DNA of 64,000 nt from a bacterium (GCA_963676395.1 OY781066.1:928001-992000); one strand, 5' to 3'; counted from the stretch's first letter, positions 19,501 through 29,303 are shown. The notes: generated from the letters alone by a model not told the origin. Translations and numbers: made by a program.

Positions 19501-19602
19501 TTATAAATTATGATTTCTGATTTTAAATTATAAGAACCCCGAACGAAATTCAGGGGTTGACCTAAAAGCTGACCGCTGATAGCTGTCGGCTAACTGCTAA
19601 AG
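19501..19602. repeat. Two degenerate heptamer tandem arrays flanking a hairpin
   Basis: TTATAAA/TTATGAT/TTCTGAT... (19501-19534); hairpin AACCCCGAA..TTCAGGGGTT (19535-19558); GCTGACC GCTGATA GCTGTCG GCTAACT GCTAAAG (19568-19602). Confidence 0.65.
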
Positions 19603-19610
19603 GAATTAAC

Positions 19611-21296
19611 ATGAAACAAATCATCGAATGCGTCCCAAACTTTTCCGAAGGTCGCGATTTAAATATTATCAAGCAGATCACCGATGTGATCGAACGGGTG
19701 GACGGCGTGATGCTGCTGGATGTAGATCCGGGTAAGGACACCAATAGAACAGTTATAACCTTTGCCGGTGAACCCGAACCTGTCATGGAAGCGGCCATTG
19801 CTTGTGTGGCCAAGGCCAAAGAATTGATCGACATGAGCAAGCACAGCGGTGCGCATCCCCGCATGGGTGCCACGGATGTCTGTCCTTTGGTTCCGGTTTC
19901 TAACATCACAATGGAAGAATGTGCCAAACTGGCAAAAGAATTGGGGAAACGCATCAACGATGCCACCGGTATTCCGATCTACCTATACGGTGAAGCAGCA
20001 CAGCGTGAGGACCGCTACAATCTGCCCGATATCCGCAAGGGCGAATACGAGGCATTGGAAGAAAAACTCAAAGATCCGGATTTTTTTCCCGATTTCGGCG
20101 AGCCGGTTTTCTTACCCAGATCAGGTGTTACTAATGTAAGCGCTCGTCATTTTATGCTGGCATACAACATCAATTTAAACACGACCGACCTGAAGGCCGC
20201 TAAAGATATCGCCCTAACGATTCGTTCCACGGGACGGGCCAAGCGTGATAAAAACGGCAAGATCATCCGTGATGAAAATGGCGTCATGATAAAAGTCCCC
20301 GGTAAACTCAAATTCTGTCAGGCCGGTGGTTGGTTTATCGAAGAATATGGATACGCCCAGGTTACCATGAATTTGCACCGCTTTGATATCACAGGTTTAC
20401 ATACGGCCTTTGATATGGTGACCGAAGAAGCTGCAAAAAAAGGTTTACGCGTCACAGGTTCCGAGGTAGTCGGTATGCTCCCCTTGCAATCGCTCTTAGA
20501 TTCCGGTGAACATTATTTAAGAAAACAAGGTGGTTCAACTGCCTGCCCCGAGAGAGAGATCATAAAAATCGCAATGCGTTCTCTGGGACTTGAAGATACC
20601 TCCCCCTTCGTCCCCGAGAAACGCATTGTCGAATATGCTCTCAAAAATGAAAAAGATCAGTTGAAACATTTGAGCGTGAATAATTTTACGGATCTATTAT
20701 CATCCAATGCACCCGCACCGGGCGGTGGTTCCGTGGCGGCATTGAATGCTGCCTTGGGAGCAGGACTCACTGCAATGGTCGCAAATTTGACCTTTGAAAA
20801 CAAAAACTATACTAAGGTTCGCGAAGAGATGGAAATCAAAGGAAGAGAAGCTCAGGCTCTTAAGATTAAAACACTTCAACTTATCGATGATGATACCGAA
20901 GCCTTTAATATCTGGATGAAAGCCATTCGCATGAAAAAGAAAACGGACGAGCAAAAAGCCAAGCGCAATGCCGCCATCCAAAAAGCCGTACTTACTGCCA
21001 TCAATATTCCTCTCAGCACATTAAACTGCTGTCCCGATATTTTGGATTTGACAGACTATATGCTAAAGAACGGAAATCAAAACTGCCTCTCCGATGCTGC
21101 GGTTGCGGTCAAGCAAACTCAGTCCGCCGCTTGGAGCGCTTACTACAATGTGCTTATCAACCTACCATCTTTAGATGACCCGAAGCAACGCGAAACAATT
21201 CGCAAAGCGGCTAAAATCACGCTGGACGCCGTAGAAAGCAAGGGCACCAAATTATCACTGTTCGCAGAGGAGAAGCTCATCAATGAACTCAATTGA
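19611..21296 (+). CDS. ftcD: Bifunctional glutamate formimidoyltransferase / formiminotetrahydrofolate cyclodeaminase
   Basis: IECVPNFSEGR, HPRMGATDVCP; C-terminal APGGGSVAA cyclodeaminase domain. Confidence 0.95.
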   Translation: MKQIIECVPNFSEGRDLNIIKQITDVIERVDGVMLLDVDPGKDTNRTVITFAGEPEPVMEAAIACVAKAKELIDMSKHSGAHPRMGATDVCPLVPVSNITMEECAKLAKELGKRINDATGIPIYLYGEAAQREDRYNLPDIRKGEYEALEEKLKDPDFFPDFGEPVFLPRSGVTNVSARHFMLAYNINLNTTDLKAAKDIALTIRSTGRAKRDKNGKIIRDENGVMIKVPGKLKFCQAGGWFIEEYGYAQVTMNLHRFDITGLHTAFDMVTEEAAKKGLRVTGSEVVGMLPLQSLLDSGEHYLRKQGGSTACPEREIIKIAMRSLGLEDTSPFVPEKRIVEYALKNEKDQLKHLSVNNFTDLLSSNAPAPGGGSVAALNAALGAGLTAMVANLTFENKNYTKVREEMEIKGREAQALKIKTLQLIDDDTEAFNIWMKAIRMKKKTDEQKAKRNAAIQKAVLTAINIPLSTLNCCPDILDLTDYMLKNGNQNCLSDAAVAVKQTQSAAWSAYYNVLINLPSLDDPKQRETIRKAAKITLDAVESKGTKLSLFAEEKLINELN

Positions 21297-22473
21297 TCTA
21301 CTCATACATAACGCCCGTATTCATACGCTTTCCAAAACAGGAAAGATCGCCAATGGCTGTATTGCGGTGAAAGATGGACGCATTCTTGATGTTTTTTCCG
21401 GCAAGAATATCCAATACCGTGCTATAAGCGAAATTGATGCCAAAGGTAAGCTTGTCATACCGGGCTTTGTTGATTGCCACACCCATCTCGTACATGGCGG
21501 TTCACGTGCCAATGAACTGCAATATCGCTTACAAGGTATGAGCTATCAGGAGATCCAAGAGAATGGTGGAGGTATTTATTCGTCTGTTAAAGCTACTCGC
21601 GACGCCTCAGCAGAAGACCTTTTTCAACAATCTCTTGAACGCGCTAAACTATGCCTAAAACACGGCACGACAACCGTAGAAATAAAAACCGGGTATGGGC
21701 TCAACCCCAAAACCGAAAGCAAAATGCTTGATGTCATTCATCGTTTAAATAACGAAAGCAAACTTGAAACAGTCGCAACTTTTTTAGGTCCACATGTATA
21801 TCCGCAAGATCAAGATCACCAGGAGTATATGGAATGGCTCTTAAATGATGGACTTGAGCTTGCAAAAGACCAAGTTGAATTTGTAGATATTTATTGTGAT
21901 ATCGGTGCCTATACATTTGAAGATACCGAACGATTTTTAAACGCAGCTAAAGCCAAAGACATTCCCATTAAAATTCATTCAGGACAGTTTGATGCTTTGG
22001 GAGCCACCGGATTAGCCGCAGACTTAGGTGCAATTTCTGCGGATCATCTAGACCAAGTAACACAAGCCGAATTTGATGCTCTCCAAAAAGCTAACACCAC
22101 GGCAGTATTTTTACCGGGATGTTCTTATTACCTAAAAACACCTTATCCGAATGCTCGTCCTTATTTGGATGCAAAAATACCCGTAGCACTAGCTACCGAT
22201 TACAACCCGGGCACTTGTCCCTCTCTCAGCATTCCCATGATGATGTCCTTAGCTGTCATGCACATGGGCTTTACTCCCGATGAAGCACTTAAAGCAGTTA
22301 CGCTAAACGCTGCTAAAGCAATAAATCGCGACGCGAAAATCGCTTCTATAGAAAAAGGGAAACAAGCCGATATCTTGATTTGCAATGTTAAGAGTTTAAA
22401 TGAGTTGATCACCATGTTTGGTGTGAATGCGGTAAAGACTGTGATAAAAAAAGGAAAAGTTGAAAGTCTATAG
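21283..22473 (+). CDS. hutI: Imidazolonepropionase
   Basis: PGFVDCHTH, GTTTVEIKTGYGL, SADHL, ALATDYNPG. Confidence 0.95.
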   Translation: MNSIDLLIHNARIHTLSKTGKIANGCIAVKDGRILDVFSGKNIQYRAISEIDAKGKLVIPGFVDCHTHLVHGGSRANELQYRLQGMSYQEIQENGGGIYSSVKATRDASAEDLFQQSLERAKLCLKHGTTTVEIKTGYGLNPKTESKMLDVIHRLNNESKLETVATFLGPHVYPQDQDHQEYMEWLLNDGLELAKDQVEFVDIYCDIGAYTFEDTERFLNAAKAKDIPIKIHSGQFDALGATGLAADLGAISADHLDQVTQAEFDALQKANTTAVFLPGCSYYLKTPYPNARPYLDAKIPVALATDYNPGTCPSLSIPMMMSLAVMHMGFTPDEALKAVTLNAAKAINRDAKIASIEKGKQADILICNVKSLNELITMFGVNAVKTVIKKGKVESL

Positions 22474-22658
22474 TTGAAAATAGAACTCATCATTCTTGCC
22501 CTATTTCGGCGATAGCTCCATGTGTCCATCGAGATGGATAAATAATAATTCGATAAAATCGATAAAGTCATTTAAGTAATCGTTAATAGATAATCTTTGT
22601 AGGAAACTTATTTTTTTCTTACCTTTATAAGTTATTATAATAATTGAGGATAAGCATC

Positions 22659-23162
22659 ATGAAAAAGATTTCGTTATTATTGTTTGTATTCTGCTCTATA
22701 TTTGCGCAAGACAAAGACATCAATTCTCCTCAAATGAGTTTCGCTTTAGATGTAGGAAATTTTGCATATTCCCCTATGATTTCAACAGAAATTGAATATC
22801 ATTTTAACACAAGTATGAAGCATCATTTTTCAATAACAACAGGTCTAGAATTCTATTTGAACTACATTTCTCCTTCCATTGGAATGAACTACTCTTATGG
22901 AAAAAAACATCAATTATTGGCGGGTATTCGGGTAATGGCTACTCATATGTACTATATGGGAGATCCATTTTCGGGATATGAAGTAAAACCAGATATATCT
23001 CCTAAACTTGGATATCGTTATGTTTTTGGAAAAGAAAATCCAAAAGCTTTTATTCAAGCTTATGTTTCACCGCATGTTATTGGCTATTATCGTTCGAGTA
23101 CTAATTTTTTAAGATTGGAGCTTTATTCCGGTCTTCATTTGGGCTTTGGATTTCATCTCTAG
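22659..23162 (+). CDS. Small beta-barrel-like outer-membrane protein, paralog 1 of 6
   Basis: Start moved to MKK after GAGG; signal peptide; IGMNYSYG..HQL, SPKLGYR, YVSP, GFGFHL. Confidence 0.75.
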   Translation: MKKISLLLFVFCSIFAQDKDINSPQMSFALDVGNFAYSPMISTEIEYHFNTSMKHHFSITTGLEFYLNYISPSIGMNYSYGKKHQLLAGIRVMATHMYYMGDPFSGYEVKPDISPKLGYRYVFGKENPKAFIQAYVSPHVIGYYRSSTNFLRLELYSGLHLGFGFHL

Positions 23163-23184
23163 TAACTAATAACTAAAGGAAAGC

Positions 23185-23661
23185 ATGAAAAAACACATCA
23201 TAATATTCTTAGCTATAATAATTAGCTTTTCGCTCTCAGCCAATGACAACATCAAACGACATGGCATATCTGCCCATCTTGGCGGAACCATTTCCCTATT
23301 TGAATTCGGATATCAGTATAATTTTTTATCATTAAATAATCACCAGCTTTCTGCCAATATAGGTATTAACACCGCTATCCTATCCTTTGGAATACCTGTG
23401 GGGCTTGAATACTCTTATGGAAAAAACAACAAGTTTATACTGGGAATTAAGGCCATGCCATTTTGGTCGATAGAATTATTCCCGGGAGAAGGCAGAATGA
23501 AACCTTCACCAATTATGTACAGCCTAAAACTGGGTTATGGCAGGATGATACATCCAAAGGGACAAGATTATCTATTAAGCTTTTATGCTTCCCCGGTTTT
23601 TGATTTGGACAATAAACGAATGATACCGTGGGGTGGAATTAGCATAACACATTGCTTCTAA
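23185..23661 (+). CDS. Small beta-barrel-like OMP, paralog 2 of 6
   Basis: HLGG, PVGLEYSYG, SLKLGY, YASP, PWGGI. Confidence 0.75.
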   Translation: MKKHIIIFLAIIISFSLSANDNIKRHGISAHLGGTISLFEFGYQYNFLSLNNHQLSANIGINTAILSFGIPVGLEYSYGKNNKFILGIKAMPFWSIELFPGEGRMKPSPIMYSLKLGYGRMIHPKGQDYLLSFYASPVFDLDNKRMIPWGGISITHCF

Positions 23662-23754
23662 GTATTTGTCCTTTCTACGATTGAATTATTTATTCATTGC
23701 AACAATCTTAATATCTTATTACTTTTATATTCCAATTATATAATGGAATTCATC

Positions 23755-24186
23755 ATGAAAAAAATATTTACGCTTACACTTATTTTAATCGGTTTTGTTT
23801 TTGCATATAACCCTGAAAACGAACTAGGCATCGCTTTAGATGTCGGTGGCCCCTATACCATCGTACAAACGGAAGCCGACATACGACTTCTTGACAAAGA
23901 AAATCACTACATTGGAGCATCTGCCGGGCTGGGCATGTTCATTAATGCTATGTCAATTCCTTTAGGAATGCAGTACCGTTACGGTGACAAACATCAATTA
24001 GAGACAGCGGCATATTTCGTCATCATGTCTTCCTCTAATGGAGCTGTGTATAATTATTCCATAAAATTCGGATACAGACTTAATTTTTCAAATGCCTTTT
24101 TTCATATCTATGTTTCACCTTTAATAAACAAAACTCTCAGCGTTCAGCCTTGGGCTGGTTTAGGTTTTGGATTTTATCTTCAATAA
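23755..24186 (+). CDS. Small beta-barrel-like OMP, paralog 3 of 6
   Basis: DVGGP, PLGMQYRYG..HQL, KFGYR, YVSP, PWAGLGFGFY. Confidence 0.75.
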   Translation: MKKIFTLTLILIGFVFAYNPENELGIALDVGGPYTIVQTEADIRLLDKENHYIGASAGLGMFINAMSIPLGMQYRYGDKHQLETAAYFVIMSSSNGAVYNYSIKFGYRLNFSNAFFHIYVSPLINKTLSVQPWAGLGFGFYLQ

Positions 24187-24231
24187 TAAATCGTACATTA
24201 ATACTTGAAAAAACAATTTCAGGAGTTAAAT

Positions 24232-24711
24232 ATGAAAAATAAATTATTAATATTTAGCATCATCTGCTTAACCTCTTTTGCATTTGCCGATTATATCCCC
24301 TATAAACATGGAGTAGATTTAAATATCGGCGGCCCTGCATCGGGTGCATCTTTAGAATATCAATACAATCTCGTTATTATGGGTTTACATACTGTGGGAG
24401 TCTCTGCAGCCATCGGAGTGATTGAAGATGGTTATTCGTTCCCAATTGGAATGCAATACCGTTTCGGTAGAATTCACCAGCTTGAACTCGGTGGACATCT
24501 TACACCTGTTTTTAAATCAGACCCATTTAGATTTCAGGCAGCCATAACGGGTAGATTAGGTTACAGAATTAATATTTACCGTTTCTACATGCATATCGCC
24601 TTGCTCCCCTCGTTCCCGAAAGTACATACAACGGCATTATTGGGCTTTGGTTTTTACTTTGGACCAAAAGTACTAGATAGAAAAGTTGAGTATTATACCC
24701 CAAGTCATTGA
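24232..24711 (+). CDS. Small beta-barrel-like OMP, paralog 4 of 6 (C-terminal extension)
   Basis: Start after AGGAG; NIGGP, EYQY, FPIGMQYRFG..HQL, RLGYR, GFGFYF. Confidence 0.75.
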   Translation: MKNKLLIFSIICLTSFAFADYIPYKHGVDLNIGGPASGASLEYQYNLVIMGLHTVGVSAAIGVIEDGYSFPIGMQYRFGRIHQLELGGHLTPVFKSDPFRFQAAITGRLGYRINIYRFYMHIALLPSFPKVHTTALLGFGFYFGPKVLDRKVEYYTPSH

Positions 24712-24864
24712 TCCCTAACCGGCTTATCAGCTATAAAGGGAAGAACACAGATAAATAATTGATGACTAATACTTTTACAGAAAGTAAAAATTAATAAATT
24801 CACTTTCACCACCTCACTTAAATATTTATATTTTATTAAAGTATAATAATCATTAAGGGCTTAT

Positions 24865-25335
24865 ATGAAAAAAACACTTTGGGTATTATTGAGTCTCTTG
24901 CTTGCTTCATCACTAGTAGCTCAAAAAGATATCTCACGACACCGAATTTGCGTTAATCTTGGGGGAGCAGCCTCTTTTGCAAATATTGAGTATCAATTTC
25001 AAATCCATTCAAACGAAAGACATAATGTGTTTGTTGCAGCAGGTATGGGAATGAATTTATTAAATTTCACTTTCCCGATCGGTCTGAACTATGGCTTTGG
25101 GTACGACAATCAATTGATCTTGGGCCTTTACTTTGTTCCAAGATTTAATTCTGCCCTATCTTCAACATACGGCGATGCAGATAATTATTTATTCTCTCCT
25201 AAATTCGGGTATCGAAAAATCTTAAACGGCAAAAAAAATTCTCATCTCCTTCAAGTCTTTTTTTCACCCGCTTTTGATATTGAGAGCGGTACCATGTACT
25301 CGGGTGCAGGACTTGGTTTTGGTCTTTATCTATAA
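24865..25335 (+). CDS. Small beta-barrel-like OMP, paralog 5 of 6
   Basis: NLGG, EYQF, FPIGLNYGFG..NQL, SPKFGYR, FSP, GLGFGLYL. Confidence 0.75.
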   Translation: MKKTLWVLLSLLLASSLVAQKDISRHRICVNLGGAASFANIEYQFQIHSNERHNVFVAAGMGMNLLNFTFPIGLNYGFGYDNQLILGLYFVPRFNSALSSTYGDADNYLFSPKFGYRKILNGKKNSHLLQVFFSPAFDIESGTMYSGAGLGFGLYL

Positions 25336-25356
25336 CTCAATATTGAAGGTATCATC

Positions 25357-25824
25357 ATGAAAAAAACACTCTATTTAATTTTAATATTTATATGCTCCCT
25401 ACCGCTTGCAGCGGCAGAAATGACCGAACACAGCCTTTCCATGAACTTAGGTGGTCCCGCGGGCATCGCATCATTTGAATATGAATACAAATTTATCAAT
25501 ATGGGTAAAGCATCTATGCATTTTACCGCAGGTGTGGGATCGTTGGTTTTGGGTTATTCTTTCCCCATCGGCTTTACCTATACCTATGGAGACGAGAACC
25601 AGCTCATCATCGGCGCTCACTATGTACCAATCTACTTTGCCGAAACGAATATTGTCTCATCAAGTTCATTTGTTCATGCATTCTCACCCAGAATAGGTAT
25701 TAGAAAGATCTTTAAAATAAGCCGGGAAATGGCCTACCTTCAAGCTTATCTTTCTCCTATATTCAGTCCGGATATTAACGGTGTTTTTGCCTGGGGTGGA
25801 ATAGGTTTTGGAGTTTATCTATAG
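25357..25824 (+). CDS. Small beta-barrel-like OMP, paralog 6 of 6
   Basis: NLGGP, EYEY, FPIGFTYTYG..NQL, SPRIGIR, YLSP, WGGIGFGVYL. Confidence 0.75.
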   Translation: MKKTLYLILIFICSLPLAAAEMTEHSLSMNLGGPAGIASFEYEYKFINMGKASMHFTAGVGSLVLGYSFPIGFTYTYGDENQLIIGAHYVPIYFAETNIVSSSSFVHAFSPRIGIRKIFKISREMAYLQAYLSPIFSPDINGVFAWGGIGFGVYL

Positions 25825-25894
25825 CACTGTAACATTTCCAAAATGTGTATCACGTTTATCAAATTGTTTTATTTGATTTTTTTATGAATACAGT

Positions 25895-25920
25895 AAGGGG
25901 ACAGGCATGCCTGTCCCCTT
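25895..25920. repeat. Perfect 26-bp palindrome (REP-like or bidirectional terminator)
   Basis: AAGGGGACAGGCATGCCTGTCCCCTT between convergent genes. Confidence 0.7.
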
Positions 25921-25949
25921 CCATCTTATCATTTAAAATCTCTTCGTAT

Positions 25950-26948
25950 TTAATCAATCCCAATAGCAGATCTTAATCTATTCACAGTTGCTGATGCAAT
26001 GGTACGTGCTTTTTCGGCGCCCTCTTTAAGAATGGTGTCGATCTGAGCGGGATCTTCCATGTACATATCATACTTTTCTCTGAGAGGAGCAAAACGATCT
26101 TCCATAATCTCAAAAAGCTCCTGTTTTGCATGCCCCCAGCCCATGCCACCGGCTAAATATCGCTCTCGGGCAACTTGCTGTTCTTGCTCTGTAGCAAATA
26201 ATTTATACAATGAGAATACGTGTGACGAATCGGGATCTTTTGGTTCTTCGACTTCCTGAGAATTCGTTACGATCTTCATGATCACTTTTCGGAATTTCTT
26301 TGATGGCAAGAAAAGTGGGATAACATTATCATAGCTCTTGCTCATTTTACGACCATCCAAACCAACGATCACTTGAGTTTTCTCAGAAACTACAGGTTCG
26401 GGTACGACCAATAATTCTTTGCCATAAGTATGGTTAAACGACTGTGCTACATCGGCTGCGATCTCAACATGTTGTTTCTGATCTTTCCCCACCGGAACAA
26501 TATTCGTATCAAACAAAAGAATATCGGCTGCCATCAATACGGGGTATGTATATAAACCCATATTAATTCCGGCATCGGGTTCATTGCCCTGCTCGCCATT
26601 ATCCTGTACTTTTGCTTTGTAAGCATGTGCACGATTCATAAGGCCCTTTGCCGTGAACGCCATTAAGATAGTTGTCAGCTCAAATGTCTCAGGAACATCG
26701 GATTGACGATAAAACATCATGGTCTCGGGATCTAATCCGCAAGCCAACCATGTTGCAGCCAGTTTCGTTGTCATTTCTTTTAACAAAGTGGGATCTTTTA
26801 CCGTATTAATTGCGTGGTAATCTGCAATAAAATATCGTGAATCATAGTTTTCTGCCAATTCAATAGCCGGTTTGATCGCACCAAAATAATTTCCTATATG
26901 CGGCGTACCTGTAGGTTTAATTCCGGTTAAACATACCTTGCGACTCAT
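25950..26948 (-). CDS. trpS: Tryptophan--tRNA ligase
   Basis: TGIKPTG..HIGN, YPVLMAADIL, VPVGKDQKQH, KMSKS. Confidence 0.97.
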   Translation of the reverse strand: MSRKVCLTGIKPTGTPHIGNYFGAIKPAIELAENYDSRYFIADYHAINTVKDPTLLKEMTTKLAATWLACGLDPETMMFYRQSDVPETFELTTILMAFTAKGLMNRAHAYKAKVQDNGEQGNEPDAGINMGLYTYPVLMAADILLFDTNIVPVGKDQKQHVEIAADVAQSFNHTYGKELLVVPEPVVSEKTQVIVGLDGRKMSKSYDNVIPLFLPSKKFRKVIMKIVTNSQEVEEPKDPDSSHVFSLYKLFATEQEQQVARERYLAGGMGWGHAKQELFEIMEDRFAPLREKYDMYMEDPAQIDTILKEGAEKARTIASATVNRLRSAIGID

Positions 26949-27757
26949 TTGCTTTCCTTTCCAAGGAGCATATCTATAGAATAGATACCTTCTAACATTT
27001 TATGTAATTTTTCTGAATAATTTGCAACTTTGGGATCAAAAGAATTCAATTTAACTTCACCCGAAGAATGAATGTATTCGGGCGAGCGACGCATAATAGC
27101 AACATGAGTGATGTTCCCTTTTTCGTTCTGATAAAAAGCAAGATCACCCGGCTTAGCATCTTCAATACTCACCGGATGTTCTTTTAACACTTTGATCTGT
27201 TGTGAGGCATCGCGAGGCAAATCAAGTCCGGCTACCTTAAAACTCATTTGTGTAATTCCTGAGCAGTCACAACCATTTTCGGTTTTACCGCCCCAAAAAT
27301 ATGAACACCCTAATAATTTACCGGCTGAGCATAATATAATATCACGAGGATCCTCAATTTCAAGAATTTCCTGTTCCATGTATGCACTGGACCCATCAGG
27401 CATTAACACTTCGTAAACATCCAATTCATTTTTTAAGTAAGGAAAAGATGTCCCCACGGCAGCCACGGCTTTTCGGGGACCGCTCATCTCGGCATTATCA
27501 TATAAAGACAAAAATGGAGTATGGATCATAACTTTCGGCAAAGTTACTATCATATTTTCCATATCTTCACTAAGATCCAAAGTGGAAAAATTCTGCGACC
27601 AAGCAACATAACCATCAGGAAGTTGCAACTTCACCCAATCACCGTTTTGATCTAATACTTCCGCAATCTCCCACATAACACCCTGAGTTACAATTTGTGA
27701 AGAAAAGCGTGCTTCTTCATACATATTCGCAAAAGGGGTTTTAATGATCTTTTTCAC
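26945..27757 (-). CDS. SH3 + NlpC/P60 (C40) peptidase, YkfC-like
   Basis: YFWGG....CDCSG, LPRDASQQ, PGDL.F, HVAI..., HSS. Confidence 0.9.
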   Translation of the reverse strand: MKKIIKTPFANMYEEARFSSQIVTQGVMWEIAEVLDQNGDWVKLQLPDGYVAWSQNFSTLDLSEDMENMIVTLPKVMIHTPFLSLYDNAEMSGPRKAVAAVGTSFPYLKNELDVYEVLMPDGSSAYMEQEILEIEDPRDIILCSAGKLLGCSYFWGGKTENGCDCSGITQMSFKVAGLDLPRDASQQIKVLKEHPVSIEDAKPGDLAFYQNEKGNITHVAIMRRSPEYIHSSGEVKLNSFDPKVANYSEKLHKMLEGIYSIDMLLGKESK

Positions 27758-27770
27758 ACCATACTCCTAT

Positions 27771-29303
27771 TTATTTTATAAGCAGGTAGGCCAATCCACC
27801 CAAAATACCGCCTGCTAAAGTATTACTTAAATTTACCAAATCATTATTGACCTTTTTATAACCACAAACCAATGGAATGTTTTCATTCCCACAATGAGAT
27901 GTTTTTTCTGTGATCTTCTTGCAAGTCGGACACTGATATTGCGCCTGAATGGTTGCTCCTAATAAAGAATCAACCAAAGCACCAATAAGACCAACCAGCG
28001 AAATCAGTGCAACGGCCAGCCAAGACATTTCAATATCGGCAAAATACTGTAATGAATACTTTCCTGCAATAGCAATCAAGAAAGACCCAAGCAAAGCACC
28101 GCTGGTGCCTATAATAGTCAAACCACCGGAAGTTCCCTGTGGCACCTTTTTAAAAGTTAAAATCGAAACCGGATCATGAGAAGAAAAGGCGCCGATCTCC
28201 GTTCCCCATGTATCGGCTGTAGCCGCGGCTATCGCACCTAGAAATATCATATACCAAAACAGCTCCAAGTTGGGCCATGTTGTGGCCAAAAAATGCCAAC
28301 ACATGGTTGCGATCATAGCAACACCACCATTGGCAAAAACCTGAAAAATATCTCGTTTACCGGTCTTTTCAAAAACCGTTACCAATTTTTGTTTATGCTT
28401 TTTCCCTAACTTTGTTAAGAAAGTTGAAAACAGAAAAAATGCCGCAACAGGAATCATCCACTCTGTTCCACCCAATCCAAAAACAACTGTCCCCAATAAC
28501 CATGCTCCCATTGCCCCCGACAAACTCAAAGCACTTATAAAGTAGGCAAGAAATGCAATAACAACAGTGATGGACATCCATATTATTAAATGAGTCTGCA
28601 GTTCGGGAGATCCATTATATAAGGCATCTAAAATCACGCCGGCACCCAAAGGAACCATAAGATTATCGGTCCCTTTATGTGAGATTGTTTCAGCCCCGGC
28701 AGAAAACAAAGCAACAAAAAATCCAAATGCAATGGCCCTTGTCCAGGTGATAGGATCGTCAAACAACGTTCTGAAAACTTTCATACTAATAACGGCAACA
28801 ATAAAAGAAACAATAAACATTGCCAGTGATCCTTGCAAAGATTTTTTTTCTGTCAAAACTTTAAAAATCAATGGTTTTTTTCGAGATTCACCCACCCACG
28901 AAGCAACCGGATCACCTAAGGCCATAATCAGCATAGCCGTTTGAAGAATAGCCAAATCTTTATGCCAGAACCAACACACCAAAATAAAGAAAGAGATGGG
29001 GAAATAGACGGTACCATATGATACCCTATCTGTTTCATGGATACTTTTGATTAAATCATATTTCAATGCTGCAAAATTCATGACAGTAAATAGAAATGCA
29101 ACCAACAATACCGGTTTTTCACTCGTAAAAATAAAGGGAGTCACGCAAACTAAAATACCAACAAACATATGTACTAAACGACGAGTTGTATGAGGATGAA
29201 CATTTAGTTTTTTCAGGAGAGCATCAGCTACGCCCAGAACACCAATAATCCCAACTGTAAAAACAAAAAAAAGCCCCCAGTCTGTGCTAAAAAGAAAATT
29301 CAT
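27771..29303 (-). CDS. Fusion of phytol/dolichol kinase-like (CTP-dependent) domain and DUF92 domain
   Basis: N-half: RRLVH, GDPVASWVG, KKSLQGS, DNLMVP. C-half: RDIFQVFANGG, ATADTWGTEIG, GTSGGLT, DSLLGA, NNDLVN. Confidence 0.85.
   Translation of the reverse strand: MNFLFSTDWGLFFVFTVGIIGVLGVADALLKKLNVHPHTTRRLVHMFVGILVCVTPFIFTSEKPVLLVAFLFTVMNFAALKYDLIKSIHETDRVSYGTVYFPISFFILVCWFWHKDLAILQTAMLIMALGDPVASWVGESRKKPLIFKVLTEKKSLQGSLAMFIVSFIVAVISMKVFRTLFDDPITWTRAIAFGFFVALFSAGAETISHKGTDNLMVPLGAGVILDALYNGSPELQTHLIIWMSITVVIAFLAYFISALSLSGAMGAWLLGTVVFGLGGTEWMIPVAAFFLFSTFLTKLGKKHKQKLVTVFEKTGKRDIFQVFANGGVAMIATMCWHFLATTWPNLELFWYMIFLGAIAAATADTWGTEIGAFSSHDPVSILTFKKVPQGTSGGLTIIGTSGALLGSFLIAIAGKYSLQYFADIEMSWLAVALISLVGLIGALVDSLLGATIQAQYQCPTCKKITEKTSHCGNENIPLVCGYKKVNNDLVNLSNTLAGGILGGLAYLLIK

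Noticed and set aside
19562..19966. Antisense ORFs over hut, RND and other long genes
   Set aside because: Typical reverse-frame shadows of well-supported genes.
22659..25824. Invertible or recombinational cassette switching in the OMP array
   Set aside because: All genes are intact, co-oriented and have their own starts; no recombinase or long identical DNA repeats were seen.
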